11,032 nucleotides of DNA from Octopus sinensis (taxonomy: Eukaryota), in assembly GCF_006345805.1 (NCBI RefSeq), contig NW_021827178.1, positions 1 through 11,032 of the forward strand, in the 5' to 3' direction. Shown here piece by piece: positions 8,219-11,032 of this stretch. Position 1 is the first letter of the stretch, and each line of letters starts with the position of its first letter. The notes beneath the pieces were generated by a model that did not search any database, was not told where the DNA came from, and worked only from the letters and a program-made list of their open reading frames with translations. The position numbers were made by a program, and so were the translations under genes.

Positions 8219-8614
8219 AGGTGCAGGAGTGGCTGTGTGGTAAGTAGCTTGCTTACTAACCACATGGTTCCGGGTTCAGTCCCACTGCGTAGCATCTTGG
8301 CACCGTGTCTTCTGCTATAGCCCCGGGCCGCCCAATGCCTTGTGAGTGGATTTGGTAGACGGAAACTGAAAGAATCCTGTCGTATATATGTATATATATA
8401 TATATGTGTGTGTCTGTGTTTGTCCCCCTAGCATTGCTTGACAACCGATGCTGATATGTTTACGTCCCCGTTACTTACCGGTTCGGCAAAAGAGACCGAT
8501 AGAATAAGCACTAGGCTTACAAAGAATAAGACCTGGGGTCGATTTGCTCGACTAAAGGCGGTGCTCCAGCATGGCCGCAGTCAAATGACTGAAACAAGTA
8601 AAAGAGTAAAAGAG
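8219..8614 (+). mobile_element. tRNA-derived SINE family A, full length
   Basis: A box TGGCTGTGTGG (8230-8240), B box GGTTCAGTCCC (8273-8283), short internal TA/GT tract, 3' hairpin CAGTC-AAAT-GACTG and (TAAAAGAG)2 tail. Three other copies in the window. Confidence 0.95.
8230..8283 (+). promoter_or_regulatory. Internal RNA polymerase III type-2 promoter (A and B boxes) of SINE-A
   Basis: Near-consensus A box and B box with tRNA-like spacing (32 nt between them). Confidence 0.75.
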
Positions 8615-9259
8615 AGAGATAGTAAGCACGCATGAAACACTGTACATAACAACGATCTGATCGCAGAGGAGATCAAGGCAAATAGACCAGATATAGTTAT
8701 CAAGGATTTGAGCCAAAAAACGTATAATCTAATAAATATCACGATCTTTCCTCGCCAAAAACGTATTAGGAAGGTAGATGGAAAATCTATTTAAAGGAGA
8801 TAGATTTCGAAATGAATATATTAACAGAATGTGGCGCATTTGATGCGATAGCTCCAAAATCCAATAAGAAAACAAACTTGGGAATCAGTCGGTGGTGGAT
8901 AGTTGTTCGGGTAGCAAGTCGCCTAGTATGGTTGGTCTGCCCTACGAGCTTTATATACTCGCGTCAGACTAGCTCGCGTTGTAATTGGCAGGTGTCTAGT
9001 TGGAATAAACACGCATTAGCTATAGCGAAATTCATAACGTTAAATATAGTCCAAATGTATAACTCTGCCAGGAACAGTTCACGTTTTACGCAAGACACTT
9101 TCAGTTGGAGAGAACAGTTCGACACGGTTTTCTCTGCAAGCAACATATACACTACAACATCTGAAACATTAACACAGCTCTCAGGACATATATACGCTAT
9201 GGGAATACAGCCAATACAGACTTATACAGCAGGTTTCAAAGTGTCACCCACAAAAGCGA

Positions 9260-9479
9260 TAAGAAGCTTGCTTTCCAACCATATGGTCCCGGGATCAATC
9301 CCACTGCGTGGCACTTTGGGCAAGTATCTTCTGCTATGATCTCGGATGGACCAAAGCCTTGTGAGTGGATTCGGTAAATGGAAACTGAAAGAAACCCGTC
9401 GTATGTGTGTGTGTGTGCGTGTGTGTGTCTGTCTGTGTCTGTGCCTCTGTCTCTGTGTGTGTGTGTGTGTGTGTGTGTG

Positions 9480-9521
<42 letters not shown>

Positions 9522-9785
9522 GTCTGTGCCTCTGTGTGTGTGTGTGTGTGTGTGTGTGCATCATTGTGTCTATGTTTGTAACCCGCCGCCGCTTGACAAT
9601 CGACGTTGGCCTGTCTACGTCACCGTAACATCGATTCGGAAAAAGGAAACCGACAGAATAAGTACTAGGCTTTAAAAAATTAATCCTGAGGTCAATTTGT
9701 TCGACGAAGACCCTTCAAGGCGGTGCCTCAGCATGGCCGCAGTCAAATGACTGAAACAAGTAAAAGATGGAAGATAAAAGATAAG
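9260..9785 (+). mobile_element. SINE family A, older/divergent subfamily copy, A box missing
   Basis: Colinear with 8241-8614 but more diverged. The internal microsatellite is expanded (9404-9558, including (TCTG)10 at 9481-9520), there is an extra GACCCTTC before AAGGCGGTGC, and the tail unit is TAAAAGA. Confidence 0.9.
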
Positions 9786-9860
9786 TCAAGAACAAAAATG
9801 AAGAATACAAACACCATACACACGAGTCCACGTTTCTAAAAGATAATGTGGCACACATTT

Positions 9861-9920
9861 ATACACACACACACACACACACACACACATGCATATACAT
9901 ACACATCCATACATCCATCC
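9861..9920. repeat. (CA)n and CATC/CATA microsatellite
   Basis: Direct reading. Confidence 0.9.
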
Positions 9921-9975
9921 CAACCTATATGCACAAATATTTTGGCATACATCAAAAGTCGATTAACATTTAGAC

Positions 9976-10176
9976 CAGTGCTTTTCAACCTTTTTGCTAG
10001 AGCGGAACCCCAAGGAAACATTCCACTGGCTCGAGGAACCCCTGCGCAATAATTTAATAGTCTTATGCACACATATCTGCACAGGAGAATTAAAAATTAC
10101 TGCCGATTTTAGCAGTTTTGTAACTTCTTGCGGAACCCCTGGACTGTACTGGCGGAACCCTGGTTGAAAACCACTG
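9976..10176. mobile_element. 201-bp hAT (Charlie/Buster-type) MITE
   Basis: 15-bp TIRs CAGTGCTTTTCAACC / GGTTGAAAACCACTG (1 mismatch). 8-bp TSD ATTTAGAC (9968-9975) / ATCTAGAC (10177-10184), matching the NTCTAGAN preference. Four subterminal GMGGAACCC motifs. Confidence 0.92.
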
Positions 10177-10218
10177 ATCTAGACGCATGTATGTCTTATA
10201 CTTATTACCTGGGATAGA

Positions 10219-10308
10219 GGAGGAATTTGAACACAGAACCTAAACCCGAAAGAAAAGCCACTAAGCATTTTCTCCGGTGTGCCAACGATTCAGTCAGTTC
10301 GCTGCCTT
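10219..10308 (-). mobile_element. Diverged SINE-B head fragment
   Basis: Reverse complement AAGGCAGCGAACTGACTGAATCGTTGGCACACCGGAGAAAATGCTTAGTGG...TTCTGTGTTCAAATTCC aligns to 3063-3149. Confidence 0.8.
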
Positions 10309-10346
10309 AATAATGGGTTCAGTTTTAGGGAAGAGGAAAAGTCGAT

Positions 10347-10830
10347 GGGGTCGATAAATTAAGTACCAGTTACGCACTGGGGTCGATATAATCGACTTAA
10401 TCCGTTTGTCTGTCCTTGTTTGTCCTCTCTGTGTTTAGCCCCTTGTGGGTAGTAAAGAAATAGGTATTTCGTCTGCCGCTACGTTCTGAGTTCAAGTTCC
10501 GCCGAGGTCGACTTTGCCTTTCATCCTTTCGTGGTCGATAAATTAAGTACCAGTTACGCACTGGGGTCGATATAATCGACTTAATCCGTTTGTCTGTCCT
10601 TGTTTGTCCTCTCTGTGTTTAGCCCCTTGTGGGTAGTAAAGAAATAGGTATTTCGTCTGCCGCTACGTTCTGAGTTCAAGTTCCGCCGAGGTCGACTTTG
10701 CCTTTCATCCTTTCAGTGTCGATTAAATAAGTACCAGTTACGCACTGGGGTCGATATAATCGACTTAATCCGTTTGTCTGTCCTTGTTTGTCCCCTCTGT
10801 GTTTAGCCCCTTGTGGGTAGTAAAGAAATA
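10347..10830 (+). mobile_element. Head-to-tail array of headless SINE-B units: 2.63 x 184 bp
   Basis: Partial unit 10347-10462 and full units 10463-10646 and 10647-10830, near-identical. Each full unit corresponds to monomer 3112-3295. Confidence 0.95.
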
Positions 10831-10850
10831 TATATTGACTTTATGATTTG

Positions 10851-10990
10851 GCTGGTACTTTATTTTATGTACTCCGAAAGAACGAAAGGCAAAATTGATT
10901 CCACCGAGTTTTGAACACAGAACGTCAAGAAGCAAAATCTGTATATAGCAAGCAGAATATTTTTTCCGGTGTTCAAATAATTCAGCCAAA
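10851..10990 (-). mobile_element. Old diverged SINE-B-related copy
   Basis: Reverse complement contains ACGTTCTGTGTTCAAAA...TTTGCCTTTCGTTCTTTCGGAG...ATAAAATAAAGTACCAGC, colinear with 3130-3203. Confidence 0.75.
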
Positions 10991-11032
10991 TAAAACAATG
11001 CCAATTATTAGTGATAATGATTAGAAAAATAT

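Larger units (their letters stand above)
8011..8855 (+). pseudogene. Decayed C-terminus (CCHC knuckle + restriction-like endonuclease) of an R4/Dong-like non-LTR retrotransposon, interrupted by SINE-A
   Basis: ETVDIILTSCPVFA at 8095 (cf. ETxxHIxSGCxxLA) lies left of the SINE. IKANRPDIVIKD at 8672-8707 (RPD motif of RLE) and NRMW at about 8823 lie right of it. Confidence 0.78.

Noticed and set aside
8219-8290. Functional tRNA gene (also 3063-3150)
   Set aside because: A/B boxes are present but I could not form a complete cloverleaf, and the sequence continues into a multi-copy SINE body.
8812-9339. Longest ORF (175 aa) as a gene
   Set aside because: It starts in the retrotransposon remnant, ends inside a SINE-A copy, and has no recognisable motif.
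10347-10830. CRISPR array or hammerhead retrozyme
   Set aside because: There are no unique spacers, the units are SINE-derived, the context is eukaryotic, and no CUGANGA core is present on either strand of the unit.

Overview
AT-rich, microsatellite-dense eukaryotic non-coding DNA (intergenic or intronic). No intact host gene is supported, and nearly all listed ORFs are translations of (TA)n/(GT)n/(GGT)n repeats. From recalled repeat sequences, not a database search, it looks like Octopus/cephalopod DNA. The window is a mosaic of mobile elements. It holds four copies of a tRNA-headed SINE (family A) and five loci of a second tRNA-headed SINE (family B), including a 184-bp head-to-tail array with a precise junction. 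It also holds a Penelope-like GIY-YIG fragment, a 682-bp Chapaev3-type derivative (TIRs plus TTA TSD), a decayed hAT transposase, a decayed R4/Dong-like retrotransposon split by a SINE, and a 201-bp hAT-Charlie-type MITE. The main leads are: (i) three minus-strand minimal hammerhead-ribozyme-like motifs with covarying stems, each about 90-96 nt from a microsatellite; (ii) the SINE-B tandem array, whose junction falls in a hairpin loop, suggesting a circular or processed RNA intermediate; (iii) a double-hairpin module shared by the two SINE families.
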